From: Phycisphaerales bacterium
Lineage (GTDB): Bacteria; Planctomycetota; Phycisphaerae; WQYP01
Reading direction: 5' to 3'
Assembly: GCA_027451365.1 (NCBI GenBank)
Contig: DAIDJN010000056.1
Coordinates: forward strand, 64,001 to 128,000
DNA length: 64,000 nucleotides
Part shown: piece after piece, positions 37,106-47,995 of the stretch
Numbering within the stretch: the stretch's first letter is position 1
Layout: every line of letters begins with the position of its first letter
Notes under the pieces: generated by a model
The model's input: the letters and a program-made list of their open reading frames with translations, nothing else
What the model was told of the DNA's origin: nothing
The model's database searches: none
Program-made: the position numbers and the translations under genes

Positions 37106-39772
37106 ATGGCAGATAAACTTGTTTACTTTTTTGGCAATGGCAAGGCTGAAGGCTCCGCCAAAGACAAAGTATTGCTTGGCGGCAAGGGCGCGAATCTGGC
37201 GGAAATGACCAATATTGGTCTGCCTGTGCCGCCTGGCTTCACGATTTCCACCGAATGTTGTGCGGCCTATTACAAGGCCGGACAAAAATTTCCGGAAGGC
37301 CTGACCGCCCAGATTGACGCGAATATCGCCCTGTTGGAATCCTCCTTAGGCAAAAAGCTGGGCGATGCGAAAAATCCGCTGCTGGTTTCCTGCCGCAGTG
37401 GCGCGGCGGTATCCATGCCGGGTATGATGGACACCGTCCTGAACATCGGTCTGACCGAAAAAATGGTCGGCCCGCTGGCCGCATCAAGTGGTAATCCACG
37501 ATTTGTTTGGGATGCGTGGCGGCGCCTGATCAACATGTTTGGCGATACCGTGATGGGTGTTGACCACCATTATTTTGAACATGAACTTTCCGCGGTTAAG
37601 GCCAAACGCAAGGTCAAGCTGGATACCGATCTGGATGTGGAGGGCCTGCAGGAAGTATGCGCCCGTTATCTGAAGGTGTATGAAAAGCAGACCAAGGAAA
37701 AATTCCCGTCTGATCCGCGCGACCAGATTCTGAAGTCTGTACAGGCGGTTTTCCAGTCCTGGATGAGTCCGCGTGCCATTAAATATCGCCAGATTAACGA
37801 AATCAGTGGCCTGGCCGGCACCGCCGTCAATGTGCAGGCCATGGTGTTCGGCAACATGGGTGATGATTGTGCCACCGGCGTCTGTTTCACCCGCGACCCG
37901 TCCACCGGCGAAAACGTTTTCTATGGCGAATTCCTGGTCAATGCCCAGGGAGAAGATGTGGTGGCGGGTATTCGCACGCCGCTGGAAATTGTAAAAATGG
38001 GTGAGTTTCTGCCCGATGCATACGCCGAACTGCTGCGTGTGAAAGACATCCTGGAAAAGCATTTCCGCGACGTCCAGGATATGGAATTCACCGTGGAACA
38101 CAACACGTTCTATATGCTTCAGACGCGCAACGGCAAACGCACCGCGCAGGCCGCGGTGCGTTGTGCGGTTGAAATGGTGCAGGAAAAACTGATTGACCAG
38201 AATACCGCCATTCTGCGGGTGGATCCGGCCAGTCTGGACCAGCTTCTGCATCCTTCGCTGGACCCCAAGGCCCTCCGCGATCAGGTGGCCAAGGGACTGC
38301 CGGCGTCGCCGGGTGCGGCTGTGGGCACACTGGCGTTTACCGCTGAAGAGGCGGAAGCACGCCATGCCAATGGGGAAAAAGTTATTCTGGTACGCAAAGA
38401 AACGTCGCCGGAAGACATTGGCGGCATGCAGACTGCGGTGGGTATTCTGACCAGCACCGGCGGCATGACCAGCCACGCGGCTGTGGTGGCGCGGGGCATG
38501 GGTAAGCCATGCGTGGCCGGGTGCGGGGCGCTGGATATAGATGCCAAAGCGGGTACGATCACCGTGATTTCCGCCGATGGCAAGAAACGAAAATTTACGC
38601 GAAAGGATACACTTTCGCTGGATGGCAGCACCGGGGCGGTTTTTGCGGGTGCGGTACCCACCGTTAAACCGGCGGTATCGGGCGATTTTGCCAAGCTTAT
38701 GGGCTGGGCGGATGCAACCCGCAAACTGCTGGTACGAACCAACGCCGATACCCCCAACGATGCCCGTGTCGCCCGCGAATTTGGTGCCCAGGGAATCGGT
38801 CTATGCCGGACGGAACACATGTTCTTTGAAGGAGACCGGATTATCGCGGTGCGTGAAATGATTCTGGCTGACAATGAAAAAGATCGCCGCGCGGCGCTCA
38901 AAAAACTTTTACCGTATCAGAAGAAGGATTTTGTCGGCATTTTCAAGGCGATGGATGGCCTGCCGGTGACCATTCGCCTGCTGGATCCTCCATTGCATGA
39001 GTTCCTGCCCCACGAGGAAAAGAACCAGCGTCAGATGGCCCGACAGATGAAAATACCGTTGGAAAAAGTGAAGCGTCGCGTGGCCGAACTGCATGAAGCC
39101 AATCCGATGCTCGGATTCCGCGGCTGTCGGCTCGCGGTGGTTTTCCCCGAAATTCAGGAAATGCAGGTGCGGGCCATTTTCCAGGCGGCGGTGGAAGTTG
39201 CCGGCAAGGGCGTGAAGGTGCTGCCGGAAATCATGATTCCGATCGTCAACACCGTGAAGGAACTGGAATTTCTTCTGCCCAAAGTGCATGACGTGGCCAA
39301 GGAAGTTTTCGCCAAGGCTGGCCGAAAGGTGGATTACAAAGTCGGCACCATGATCGAAATTCCGCGAGCCGCGATTACCGCCGAAAAAATTGCCAAAGAG
39401 GCCGAATTCTTCAGCTTTGGCACCAACGATCTGACCCAGTTGACATTTGGTTTTTCGCGCGACGATGTGGCCTCTTTTGTGCCGCGCTACGTGGAACTGG
39501 AAATTCTGCCCAAAGACCCGTTCAATTCGCTTGACCAGGAAGGCGTGGGCGAATTGATTAAGATGGCCGTGGCCAAAGGCCGTGGTGCCCGACCGGACTT
39601 GAAGGTGGGTATTTGCGGCGAACATGGCGGCGACCCATCATCGGTGGAATTCTGCCACCGTGTAGGGCTGAATTATGTCAGTTGCTCGCCCTATCGGGTG
39701 CCGATTGCCCGTCTTGCCGCAGCGCAGGCGGCGGTGAAGGAAAACACCGGTGCCAGCTACAGCACGAAATAA
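37106..39772 (+). CDS. ppdK: Pyruvate, phosphate dikinase
   Basis: LGGKGANLAEM, SMPGMMDT, GGMTSHAAVVARG (phospho-His), GTNDLTQ, GICGEHGG; GGAGG RBS. Confidence 0.98.
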   Translation: MADKLVYFFGNGKAEGSAKDKVLLGGKGANLAEMTNIGLPVPPGFTISTECCAAYYKAGQKFPEGLTAQIDANIALLESSLGKKLGDAKNPLLVSCRSGAAVSMPGMMDTVLNIGLTEKMVGPLAASSGNPRFVWDAWRRLINMFGDTVMGVDHHYFEHELSAVKAKRKVKLDTDLDVEGLQEVCARYLKVYEKQTKEKFPSDPRDQILKSVQAVFQSWMSPRAIKYRQINEISGLAGTAVNVQAMVFGNMGDDCATGVCFTRDPSTGENVFYGEFLVNAQGEDVVAGIRTPLEIVKMGEFLPDAYAELLRVKDILEKHFRDVQDMEFTVEHNTFYMLQTRNGKRTAQAAVRCAVEMVQEKLIDQNTAILRVDPASLDQLLHPSLDPKALRDQVAKGLPASPGAAVGTLAFTAEEAEARHANGEKVILVRKETSPEDIGGMQTAVGILTSTGGMTSHAAVVARGMGKPCVAGCGALDIDAKAGTITVISADGKKRKFTRKDTLSLDGSTGAVFAGAVPTVKPAVSGDFAKLMGWADATRKLLVRTNADTPNDARVAREFGAQGIGLCRTEHMFFEGDRIIAVREMILADNEKDRRAALKKLLPYQKKDFVGIFKAMDGLPVTIRLLDPPLHEFLPHEEKNQRQMARQMKIPLEKVKRRVAELHEANPMLGFRGCRLAVVFPEIQEMQVRAIFQAAVEVAGKGVKVLPEIMIPIVNTVKELEFLLPKVHDVAKEVFAKAGRKVDYKVGTMIEIPRAAITAEKIAKEAEFFSFGTNDLTQLTFGFSRDDVASFVPRYVELEILPKDPFNSLDQEGVGELIKMAVAKGRGARPDLKVGICGEHGGDPSSVEFCHRVGLNYVSCSPYRVPIARLAAAQAAVKENTGASYSTK

Positions 39773-39829
39773 AATTCGGCTGAATTTCGGTGGACTGGCA
39801 GATTCGCCGTCCGATAAATTAAACGTTTC

Positions 39830-39871
39830 AAAAGACCCTGAAGGCCTGTCGCTTTCCGGGTCTTTTTTTTT
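39830..39871 (+). terminator. Intrinsic terminator after ppdK
   Basis: AAAGACCC...GGGTCTTT stem followed by a long T run. Confidence 0.8.
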
Positions 39872-39982
39872 GGCCTATGCGACGCCAAATGGCGGCCCAC
39901 GCGGCTTTTGGTCAAGATTCCCGCCCTTCGGGCCGATTCAAACAACAGGCCGCGCGTGCATCCGGTGCCAGGAGTTTACGAT

Positions 39983-41491
39983 ATGCCAGGAACGCCGAAC
40001 ATGTTCAATCGAAAGCACTCATTCCGAAAATTAATTGCTGTGTTGTTCGCATTTAGCGCAATTTTGACGGCCATGGATCTGGTCTGGGTCAGCCATCGGC
40101 GAACGATAACTGTTTCAACCGGCACAACGCGCATCATGGGACCACTGTCTGCGAACGGAACAGTGAATTACCGCCAGGCTATTGATCGCCACGCGGCGCT
40201 GGGCGTGACGCCGACTAACAACGCCGCGGTTGATCTTGTTCGAGCGCTTGGGCCGGCCGCGGTCGGCAAGGGAATTGTCGGACTTAATGCGATGAATCGC
40301 ATCGGCATGAAAATGCTTCCGGCCAAGGGTGACTATTATGTTACATATAAACAATGTTACAGTTGGGCACATCCGAGCGATGTCCACGGCGATAAAATTG
40401 CGCGTCCGCGCGGGACGCTGGGGAGGCATCCGTTTTCCGCCGCCGACCATCCGGTAACCGCCGCGTGGTTGAAGGCCAATGCGGTTCCCCTGCATTTCGC
40501 GCGTCTGGCGGCGGAGCAAAGCCGGTTTTTTATTCCGCTTCCCCGGCGAAGTCTGGGCTGGTATGCGCTGCCCAACGCCCCGATGCCATATCTGGCGAAA
40601 GTGGATGAAATTCAGGAGGCGCTGCTTCAGCAGGGTATGCTGGCGCTGCATGGCGGTGATGATGCCTTATGCACCCATGACCTGCTGGCGGCGCATCGAC
40701 TGGCGGGCCTGATTGGACAGGGGCCGTTGCTTTCGCAGGCGATCGTGGCGCGGAACATGGATCTTCGCGCCAGTCAGGCGGACTGGACATTTTTGCGGTC
40801 CAAACAGATAACGGCGGCAACGGCGGACGCGTATGCGACGGCGATTGCATTGTTGCCGTCTTTGCGGCCACTGTCGAAGGATGTGGATCACTTTTCACGT
40901 TGGGCGGAACTGGACTACGTACAATGGCAGGCGGAAGACTGGTGGGGACGTTCGGTGGGTGTGCATCAGGCGGGTTTTCCAATACGTGTTTCCGCACTTT
41001 TGCCGCCAAACTATACGGTGCGCATGATGCGGATAAACCGGTGGTATGACCGGTTTACAAAGGTGTTTCAGGCCAAGGGTGCCGGTGCCCGGCGCAAAGA
41101 GCTGGCGATAGTGGAGCTGCAACTTAATACACCGCCGGGCGGCACAAGAATGTCCAGGCAGCGGCTTTATCTGAGTCTGATGGGTGAGAATTATAATTCG
41201 CTGATCGCCCTTTCGGCACGGGTAAAAAGTGCGCGGCGCATTACCCGCACACTGCTGGCATTGCGGCGCTTTCGGATGGATCACGGGGCGTATCCGCGAA
41301 GCCTTGGGGACCTGGTGCCGAATTATCTTCCGCAGTTACCGCTGGATGCGTTTACCGGCAAGCCGATTCTGCTGGTCCGGGGCCGCGGGACCTATTCGCT
41401 TGTAATGGCCGCTTCATTTGACAGTCTGAGTCCCGCCGGACAGGTGCCGCTGGCGGATGGTCAGATGGTGGTGAATTTGTCATTGCATTGA
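39983..41491 (+). CDS. Hypothetical membrane-anchored protein with GspG-like C-terminal motif
   Basis: AGGAG RBS, N-terminal TM, and C-terminal ALRRFRMDHGAYPRSLGDLVPNYLPQLPLDAFTGKP. Confidence 0.75.
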   Translation: MPGTPNMFNRKHSFRKLIAVLFAFSAILTAMDLVWVSHRRTITVSTGTTRIMGPLSANGTVNYRQAIDRHAALGVTPTNNAAVDLVRALGPAAVGKGIVGLNAMNRIGMKMLPAKGDYYVTYKQCYSWAHPSDVHGDKIARPRGTLGRHPFSAADHPVTAAWLKANAVPLHFARLAAEQSRFFIPLPRRSLGWYALPNAPMPYLAKVDEIQEALLQQGMLALHGGDDALCTHDLLAAHRLAGLIGQGPLLSQAIVARNMDLRASQADWTFLRSKQITAATADAYATAIALLPSLRPLSKDVDHFSRWAELDYVQWQAEDWWGRSVGVHQAGFPIRVSALLPPNYTVRMMRINRWYDRFTKVFQAKGAGARRKELAIVELQLNTPPGGTRMSRQRLYLSLMGENYNSLIALSARVKSARRITRTLLALRRFRMDHGAYPRSLGDLVPNYLPQLPLDAFTGKPILLVRGRGTYSLVMAASFDSLSPAGQVPLADGQMVVNLSLH

Positions 41492-41535
41492 GAGACCGGA
41501 TTTACAGTCATGGGTGGTGGCGGCGCATTGCACAA

Positions 41536-43998
41536 TCACTGCAACTGCCACTTGCGGCGAAGTATCCATTCAATAGTAATACCAGCCACAAAAAGCAGAA
41601 AAAAGAGCGTGTTGTTGTACAGGGGAAAACTGCTGCGCTCCACGCGGTTGTTCGCTGGCTGGGCCGCCAGAATGCGCCGTCCCAAAGAACTGATGCCGCC
41701 AAGTTCGCTGAAGGCCCCACCGGTCTCGGAAGCAATTTGCTGCAAAATGCGTGGCTCAGCCGCCAGCTTGTCCATTTCGCCAATGGGGGCGATGACGTAA
41801 AAATCGCTGCTGTCGGCCCCGAGTTTTTTTCCGCCCTTGAACGCGGTGAAAACAGCATGGTATTTGCCCGGCAGGGAAGGCACGATGTTGCGCTGGTAAC
41901 TGCCTGGTGCGCGATGTGACGCGTGCATGCGCAGGCGGCGGACTTTGCCGTCCGGATAAGCGACGCTGACAAAACCATGCGCGTAGGCGGTGGATTGCCC
42001 GTGCATATCAGTAACCGCCATTTTCAGCCGCACGGGCTGGCCGTTTTCATAGCGTTCACGGCGGATCATGGCGGTAACGGATGGGCCGTGTGCGGTTTTG
42101 ACCTTGCTTTCACCAGCCAGCCAGCGGACCAACTGTCCCCAGAATCGATGGTAAGGGGATCTTGCCCCCATGGTGCCCAGCAGCAGATTCCAGCGATATG
42201 TGGTGTCGCCGGCAAAGGCGGCGGTGCGGCCTTTGCCATAATGTTCCGTGGCCAGCACAATCGCGGGCTTGCCATGAACGTTGGCCCGCGGATTTACGAG
42301 CAATACACTGGCCCCGGGCTTGGGGCCCGCGAAGGCGACGCAGCCAGCCAGATTTGGCAGTTCCGCGGCACCGGCCTGACCAGCGGGTGAAATAAACCAT
42401 TGGGCAATACCTTGAAAAATTGGATTCTGCTGGCCAAATGCGGTTAATTCCGGCACAAACGGCGTGTTCAATTGCGCGGGACTTGTCGGTTCCAGCGATA
42501 CTGGAAATACCGCCGCCAAATCGGTATTGCCCCAGGACCCGGCGGCAAAATTCTGCTGGCCACCAATCATCATGAACCCAATGCCATGGCTGATGGCCTG
42601 GCGCAACTGGGCCTGCTGGACCGGGGAGAGGAAATTGCTTTTGACGTCTCCGAGGATGACCACTTTGAATTTTTCCCATTGTGCCAGCGTGGTTGGAATA
42701 GCGGTAACGCCGTTTTGTGCGCCACGCACCATAAAATAGCCGGGCCGCGTTTCAATCAGACTCACCAGACTGATATTTGGGTCCATGGCCAGAGTGGTTT
42801 CCAGGGGGCCAACTTCCGGCCGCACGCGCCCTTCCAGATACAGCACGGATATTCGCGGATTGGTGATAAGCATAGGGAACTGCTGTTTATTGCCCGCGGT
42901 GGATCGTTCCTGCGGGTCGATGGGAATACTGGCGAGCAGCACCATTCGGCCCACTTTTTTCGGCGTGAATTTGAATTTGACCTGCTGGGGAATCGGGCCG
43001 CTTTCCAGAACCAGCCGGTGCGAGGCGAGTTCTTTTTTGCCGTGCATAAGCGAGACGCGCACGGTGCGGTCGTTAAGCGCGGTGGATCGAATTAACGCCG
43101 TCAGTGTGACTTCGCTGCCAACGGGTGCGGACTGCGGCCCGTTGATTCGCACAATTTCAATTTCCGGAACCGCTTTGGCCAAAGTTGAAGTGCTGCCGAC
43201 GCGCACAGTGTAAACCGGAACGCCGAGTTGCGCTAGGCTGCGAATTTTGGTCGGGCCGTTTTGAATGCCATCGCTGAAAAGCACAATCTGTTTGCAGCCC
43301 GCGTTATAGGCCAGCTTGATGGCTGTGGGCAGATCCGTCTCTTTGCCGTCAGGCGCAATGGCGGACAAAGCACCAGCTGTGGTCAGCGGAGCGTTGTGAA
43401 CGCCGTCATAAGCGAAATAAAGCAGCTTGAAATGGTGCTTCAACTGGCGTTCAAGTATTTGTGCCCCCAGCACGCTTTGCAGATACCGACTCGGTTCATT
43501 GGGCTGGTCGCTGACACTCATGGATCCGGACGCGTCCAGAACAATGCCAAGCGTACTGACGTGATGGGGAATGTTGACCCAGGCGATTACCGGCTTAAAC
43601 AACAGCAGCACCAGAAATACAATGCTCACAACCCGCAGCGTAAACAGGGAAACCATTCGTCCGCGGCCCAGAAACTGGTAGACCCGTTGATAAAATAGCC
43701 AAATGGCCCCGGCGGCCAGCAGGCTGGTAAGAACAATGGCCAGCCACGGGTTACGCATGGGCGGAATTAAGCCGGCGCACGTGGCGTAAAATATTGCGGC
43801 GCCTCCGAGGATCAGTGGAATCCATGGCATTTTCGGACGTGTCGTCGCGGTCGGGGTCAGACTGTTTGCCGCAGCCGGGCGCATTTGCAGAAAGCTGTAG
43901 ACCAGAAGAGCCGCCCCCAGCACGCCCATTACCACCGCCCACCAGGCAAAACCATGCTTGCCCAGGAAATCCATGCTGACGCTGGCCAGTGGATGCAT
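41536..43998 (-). CDS. Membrane protein with VWA, Ig-like and glutamine amidotransferase-like domains
   Basis: MIDAS motif LDASGSM, FSDG, GFMMIGG...FAAG, YGKGR, FWGQLVRWLA, C-terminal EWILRRKW. Confidence 0.85.
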   Translation of the reverse strand: MHPLASVSMDFLGKHGFAWWAVVMGVLGAALLVYSFLQMRPAAANSLTPTATTRPKMPWIPLILGGAAIFYATCAGLIPPMRNPWLAIVLTSLLAAGAIWLFYQRVYQFLGRGRMVSLFTLRVVSIVFLVLLLFKPVIAWVNIPHHVSTLGIVLDASGSMSVSDQPNEPSRYLQSVLGAQILERQLKHHFKLLYFAYDGVHNAPLTTAGALSAIAPDGKETDLPTAIKLAYNAGCKQIVLFSDGIQNGPTKIRSLAQLGVPVYTVRVGSTSTLAKAVPEIEIVRINGPQSAPVGSEVTLTALIRSTALNDRTVRVSLMHGKKELASHRLVLESGPIPQQVKFKFTPKKVGRMVLLASIPIDPQERSTAGNKQQFPMLITNPRISVLYLEGRVRPEVGPLETTLAMDPNISLVSLIETRPGYFMVRGAQNGVTAIPTTLAQWEKFKVVILGDVKSNFLSPVQQAQLRQAISHGIGFMMIGGQQNFAAGSWGNTDLAAVFPVSLEPTSPAQLNTPFVPELTAFGQQNPIFQGIAQWFISPAGQAGAAELPNLAGCVAFAGPKPGASVLLVNPRANVHGKPAIVLATEHYGKGRTAAFAGDTTYRWNLLLGTMGARSPYHRFWGQLVRWLAGESKVKTAHGPSVTAMIRRERYENGQPVRLKMAVTDMHGQSTAYAHGFVSVAYPDGKVRRLRMHASHRAPGSYQRNIVPSLPGKYHAVFTAFKGGKKLGADSSDFYVIAPIGEMDKLAAEPRILQQIASETGGAFSELGGISSLGRRILAAQPANNRVERSSFPLYNNTLFFLLFVAGITIEWILRRKWQLQ

Positions 43999-44167
43999 GA
44001 ATCCTCGCCTTCTGAAGCAATTTTCCGGCCGCTCTGGCGGCGTGAATCTGAACAACCCGGTCGGTCAATTCCCCGTCGGTTTCAGCATGTGCTGGAACAG
44101 ACGGCTTCCGTTGCTGGAAATAATAACGCACGAATCGAATATTTGTTGGGTTTGGCGGACTAATTTC

Positions 44168-44752
44168 TTACCGCTGCGGCCCGCGGGGTGGTGAATCAGG
44201 CCAGGGTGGCTGTCGCAACGCGATGGGCGGGGCAAGCAATTCAGAAATCAGATAGACCGTGCGGGTATTTTGCGGGCTGGCCAGTACACGTCGGATAACC
44301 TGGCGCAACTCACGATCTTTCGCGGAACGCACAACGCCGGGTTGCGGCGCTTTTTTCGGAACACTTTGCGCAGGCGCGGACGGTGCCCCCTGCGGCGGCG
44401 CTCCGGTGCGTGCAGGCGGTGACTTCGCGGGGGTTGGGTTGGCTCGAACGGGCACAGCGGGTTTGCGAACCGGCACCGTCGGACGCGCGGAGGATGGTAC
44501 GGGTTTAAGATTCACCGGGCGGTTGGGTGGTGTGGCCTTGCGCGTGGGCGGGGGGTATGGTCCGGTTGACGGCCGCGTGGTCGCAGGCGGCCGGGGTTGC
44601 GGGTTGCCGGTTTTTTCGGCATTGGTAACGTTTGCAGAATTAGCCTGGGCGGCTCTGCGCCGCGCCTGCTCGCGCGCCAGGTCCTGAATGGAAACGCGGC
44701 CCGCCAGAATTTCCTGGGCAAGCAGTCGGGGGTCATTGGGCAAGTCAGGCAT
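44168..44752 (-). CDS. Pro-rich hypothetical protein, YqfB-like partner of FloA
   Basis: Low-complexity Pro/Ala/Arg body and C-terminal YLISELLAPPIALR; directly downstream of floA. Confidence 0.65.
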   Translation of the reverse strand: MPDLPNDPRLLAQEILAGRVSIQDLAREQARRRAAQANSANVTNAEKTGNPQPRPPATTRPSTGPYPPPTRKATPPNRPVNLKPVPSSARPTVPVRKPAVPVRANPTPAKSPPARTGAPPQGAPSAPAQSVPKKAPQPGVVRSAKDRELRQVIRRVLASPQNTRTVYLISELLAPPIALRQPPWPDSPPRGPQR

Positions 44753-44811
44753 CTTAATGTATCCAGGCAATTCAAACACCACGGCGGTGGATCAGGCTTC
44801 CATAACGATGA

Positions 44812-45912
44812 TTATTGCGGTTCAGTGGCGGGCTTATCAGATGAGCCGGTCCCGCCGCCGATCGATTCGCGCATTTGGGTATCGGCCTGAATATTCTTCA
44901 TTTTATAATAATCCATAATTCCGAGATTTCCGCTGCGAAAAGCCTCGGCCATCGCCAGGGGAATTTGCGCTTCGGCCTCAATTAGTTTGGCACGGTTGAA
45001 CTGGGCCAGTGCGCGGTTCTCCTGATCCAGCGCAACCGCCAGCGCGCGGCGCTTTTCCGCTTCGGCCTGGGCAAGCTGTTTGGCGGCTTCGGCTTGCACG
45101 ATCTGAAGTTTTGCGCCGACATTTTCACTGACATCCACATCTGCAATATCAATGGAAAGAATCTGAAAAGACGTGCCGGCGTCCAGCCCGTTGGCCAACA
45201 CAGCGCGGCTGATCATGTCCGGGCGCTCCAGCACATGTTTATAGGTTTCGGCGGAGCCGATGGCCGCCACTATGCCCTGACCGACACGGGCGACAATGGT
45301 TTCCTCTCCGGCACCGCTGACAAGCTGGCGCATGTTGGTTCGTACTGTGACGCGCGCCTTAACGCGCAATTGAATGCCATCTTTGGCTACGCCATCATGG
45401 GTCTGGGCACCGCTGTTGGCGTTGGGAACATCAATCACGCGCGGGTTGACGCTGGTTTGCACCGCGTCCAATACGTCGCGTCCCGCCAGATCAATGGCGG
45501 CGGCCTGGTCCCAAGGCAGATCGATGGCGGCGCGGTGCGCGGCGATCATGGCCCGGACCACATTGGGCACGCGGCCCTGGGACATATAGTGCGATTCAAG
45601 CTGCTTGGTTTCAATGCTGATACCGGCCTGCGTGAGCGTGATTTTGGCTTTGACAATAACAGCGGCATCCACCGGACGGAATCGCATGCCGATGAGTGTG
45701 AAAATGCTGATATCCGCTCCAGCGGATAGCGCTTGAATCCACAACCCGAAAACCTTGGCGATGGTAATGAAGATCAGAATAAACACGATCACCACAACCG
45801 CCAGAACCGCCAGCAGCAGGATGCTGCCGATACTGTCCGCGGCCAGCGGCATCTGCCACTGTTTCAGTGATGAAGCCATTGCCAAAGCCATGGCGCTGTT
45901 CATAAGATTCAT
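44812..45912 (-). CDS. floA: Flotillin-like protein FloA (YqfA family)
   Basis: [57 protein letters not shown]. Start uncertain. Confidence 0.93.
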   Translation of the reverse strand: MNLMNSAMALAMASSLKQWQMPLAADSIGSILLLAVLAVVVIVFILIFITIAKVFGLWIQALSAGADISIFTLIGMRFRPVDAAVIVKAKITLTQAGISIETKQLESHYMSQGRVPNVVRAMIAAHRAAIDLPWDQAAAIDLAGRDVLDAVQTSVNPRVIDVPNANSGAQTHDGVAKDGIQLRVKARVTVRTNMRQLVSGAGEETIVARVGQGIVAAIGSAETYKHVLERPDMISRAVLANGLDAGTSFQILSIDIADVDVSENVGAKLQIVQAEAAKQLAQAEAEKRRALAVALDQENRALAQFNRAKLIEAEAQIPLAMAEAFRSGNLGIMDYYKMKNIQADTQMRESIGGGTGSSDKPATEPQ

Positions 45913-46073
45913 AAATACCAACCCCCAAAAAGTGACTTCCGGCAGATGCTGATTCCGATGAACTAAACAATAGACCTGTGACTGTGGTCTGTCAAACTGG
46001 AACATTCCGGGAGCATGACAAAACCTGTGGCCGAATGCATTGAACCACTGCCCGCCCGCGGCTTTGCGGCTTT

Positions 46074-47498
46074 CTACGAATTAATCGTGCGGCCATCCAC
46101 CGCCAGGGCGGCTTCGCGAATCGCTTCGGGCAGTGTCGGGTGGGCATGGCACGTGCGGGCAATATCTTCGCTGCTGGCACCAAGTTCCATAGCCATGACA
46201 GCTTCGGCAACCAGACTGGAGGCTTGCGCCCCAAGAATGTGCACGCCCAGCACCATGTCGGTATGCGCGTCGGCAAGAATTTTGACCAGCCCCTGGGTTT
46301 CATCCATGCAAAGGGCGCGGGAATTGGCGGAAAACCTGAATTTTCCGGTTTTGTACACAATATTGGCCGCCTTGAGTTCCTCTTCTGTTTTGCCCACCCA
46401 CGCCAGTTCCGGCGCGGTATAGACCACAAATGGAATGGTGTCATAATTCACATGACCCGCCAGGCCGTTCATGCGTTCCACAGCGGCTACACCCTCGTCT
46501 TCCGCCTTATGGGCCAGCATCGGGCCGACAATGACATCGCCGATGGCATAAATATGGGGTACCGACGTTTCCCAATGTTTGCCGACGGTAATTCGCCCGC
46601 GGTTGTCGGTGGCGATGCCCGCTTTGGCCAGGTCCAGCCCGGCGGTATAGGCCCGGCGACCCACCGCCACCAGTACAAGGTCCGCGGAAAGGGTCTGGGT
46701 GGCTTGGTCGGGCTTGGCGTCTTTGGCTTTGTAAGAAATGGTGATCTGGCCATTTTCCTCTTTTACGCCGCTGGCAACAGAGGCGAATATAAACTCAATA
46801 CCCTGCGCCTTGAGTGACCGTTCCATGAGGCGGCCCATTTCGTCATCAGATCCGGGCAGGGTGGTGTGATGAATTTCCAGCACAGTTACATCCGCACCCA
46901 GACGCCGCCAGACAGAGGAAAGTTCCAGCCCGATCGCACCGGCTCCGATCACCACCAGTTTCCTGGGCACGGCGGAGAGCGCAATAGCCTGGTCGGAGCT
47001 GATCACCCGTTTGCCATTAAAGGGTATGTTGGGCAGTTCGATTGGTTCACTGCCGGTGGCAATTAGAAAGCGGCGCGCAGTGATGGTCTGTTCGCCATCG
47101 GCAGAGGCAATTTTAACGGCGGTGGGGCTGGTAAAGCTGGCCGTGCCGGTGAGGCGGGTAATTTTGTTTTTTTTGAACAATCCGCTGATGCCTGTGGCCA
47201 GTGTGTCGACCACTTTATTCTTGCGGGCCATTAGAATGGGCAGGTCCATGGTCACTTTTTCGCACTGAATGCCGAGGTGGCTGAAATGTTCGCGGGCGAG
47301 AAAATATTTTTCGGTTGCTTCCAGCAGCGTTTTGCTGGGAATACAGCCGACCCGCAGGCAGGTGCCACCAAGTTTCGGTTCCTTTTCGACGCAGGCGACG
47401 CGCATCCCAAGCTGTGCGGCCCGAATTGCGGCCACATAGCCGCCGGGGCCCGCACCAATTACCAGAAGGTCAAAATCCGCATGAGTTCCTGTAGCCAT
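46074..47498 (-). CDS. lpdA: Dihydrolipoyl dehydrogenase
   Basis: [41 protein letters not shown]. Confidence 0.97.
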   Translation of the reverse strand: MATGTHADFDLLVIGAGPGGYVAAIRAAQLGMRVACVEKEPKLGGTCLRVGCIPSKTLLEATEKYFLAREHFSHLGIQCEKVTMDLPILMARKNKVVDTLATGISGLFKKNKITRLTGTASFTSPTAVKIASADGEQTITARRFLIATGSEPIELPNIPFNGKRVISSDQAIALSAVPRKLVVIGAGAIGLELSSVWRRLGADVTVLEIHHTTLPGSDDEMGRLMERSLKAQGIEFIFASVASGVKEENGQITISYKAKDAKPDQATQTLSADLVLVAVGRRAYTAGLDLAKAGIATDNRGRITVGKHWETSVPHIYAIGDVIVGPMLAHKAEDEGVAAVERMNGLAGHVNYDTIPFVVYTAPELAWVGKTEEELKAANIVYKTGKFRFSANSRALCMDETQGLVKILADAHTDMVLGVHILGAQASSLVAEAVMAMELGASSEDIARTCHAHPTLPEAIREAALAVDGRTINS

Positions 47499-47697
47499 TG
47501 TGTAACCTTTATCCAATTCAGGGCCTGTTTCCATTGTACGCGCGGCTGCATCTAAAATGCGGGGCGGCGCCAAACGGCAGACTATATCGCGCTGGCGGCC
47601 ACAATGCCAAAAGCGCTTTGCAATGGTGCCAGCGACGGATGTGCACAGACGGTGTCAGGTCCTATATCTGTGAAATAAGGAAAATTGAAAAATAAAT

Positions 47698-47745
47698 TTG
47701 ACAAGGCTTGTCTGGCGCATTAGAATCGCCAATGAAACAGTTGCA
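47698..47745 (+). promoter_or_regulatory. Sigma70 promoter with downstream LacI-type operator
   Basis: TTGACA-17 nt-TAGAAT (47698-47726), then TGAAAC-A-GTTGCA (47733-47745) at the expected transcription start. Confidence 0.75.
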
Positions 47746-47995
47746 CTATTTGTTGTAGTGCTGAACTGTAAGAGGTTTGTGCCATGCCGGTAGACTGTCT
47801 TGGCATGTTTTTTTAGTTTGCTATTCCGGTATGATGCTATTCAGGTATGCGAATCTGGTGTCATGGCCCGGCAGACTTGCTCTGTCATGCTACTGCGGTG
47901 CCTGAACCGTATACCTGAATATCCGCTTCGCCGGTCTTTTCAGGTCGGCTCTTCTGTTCGGATATGTCTGGAATACCGGTAACTTTTGGAGTCCC

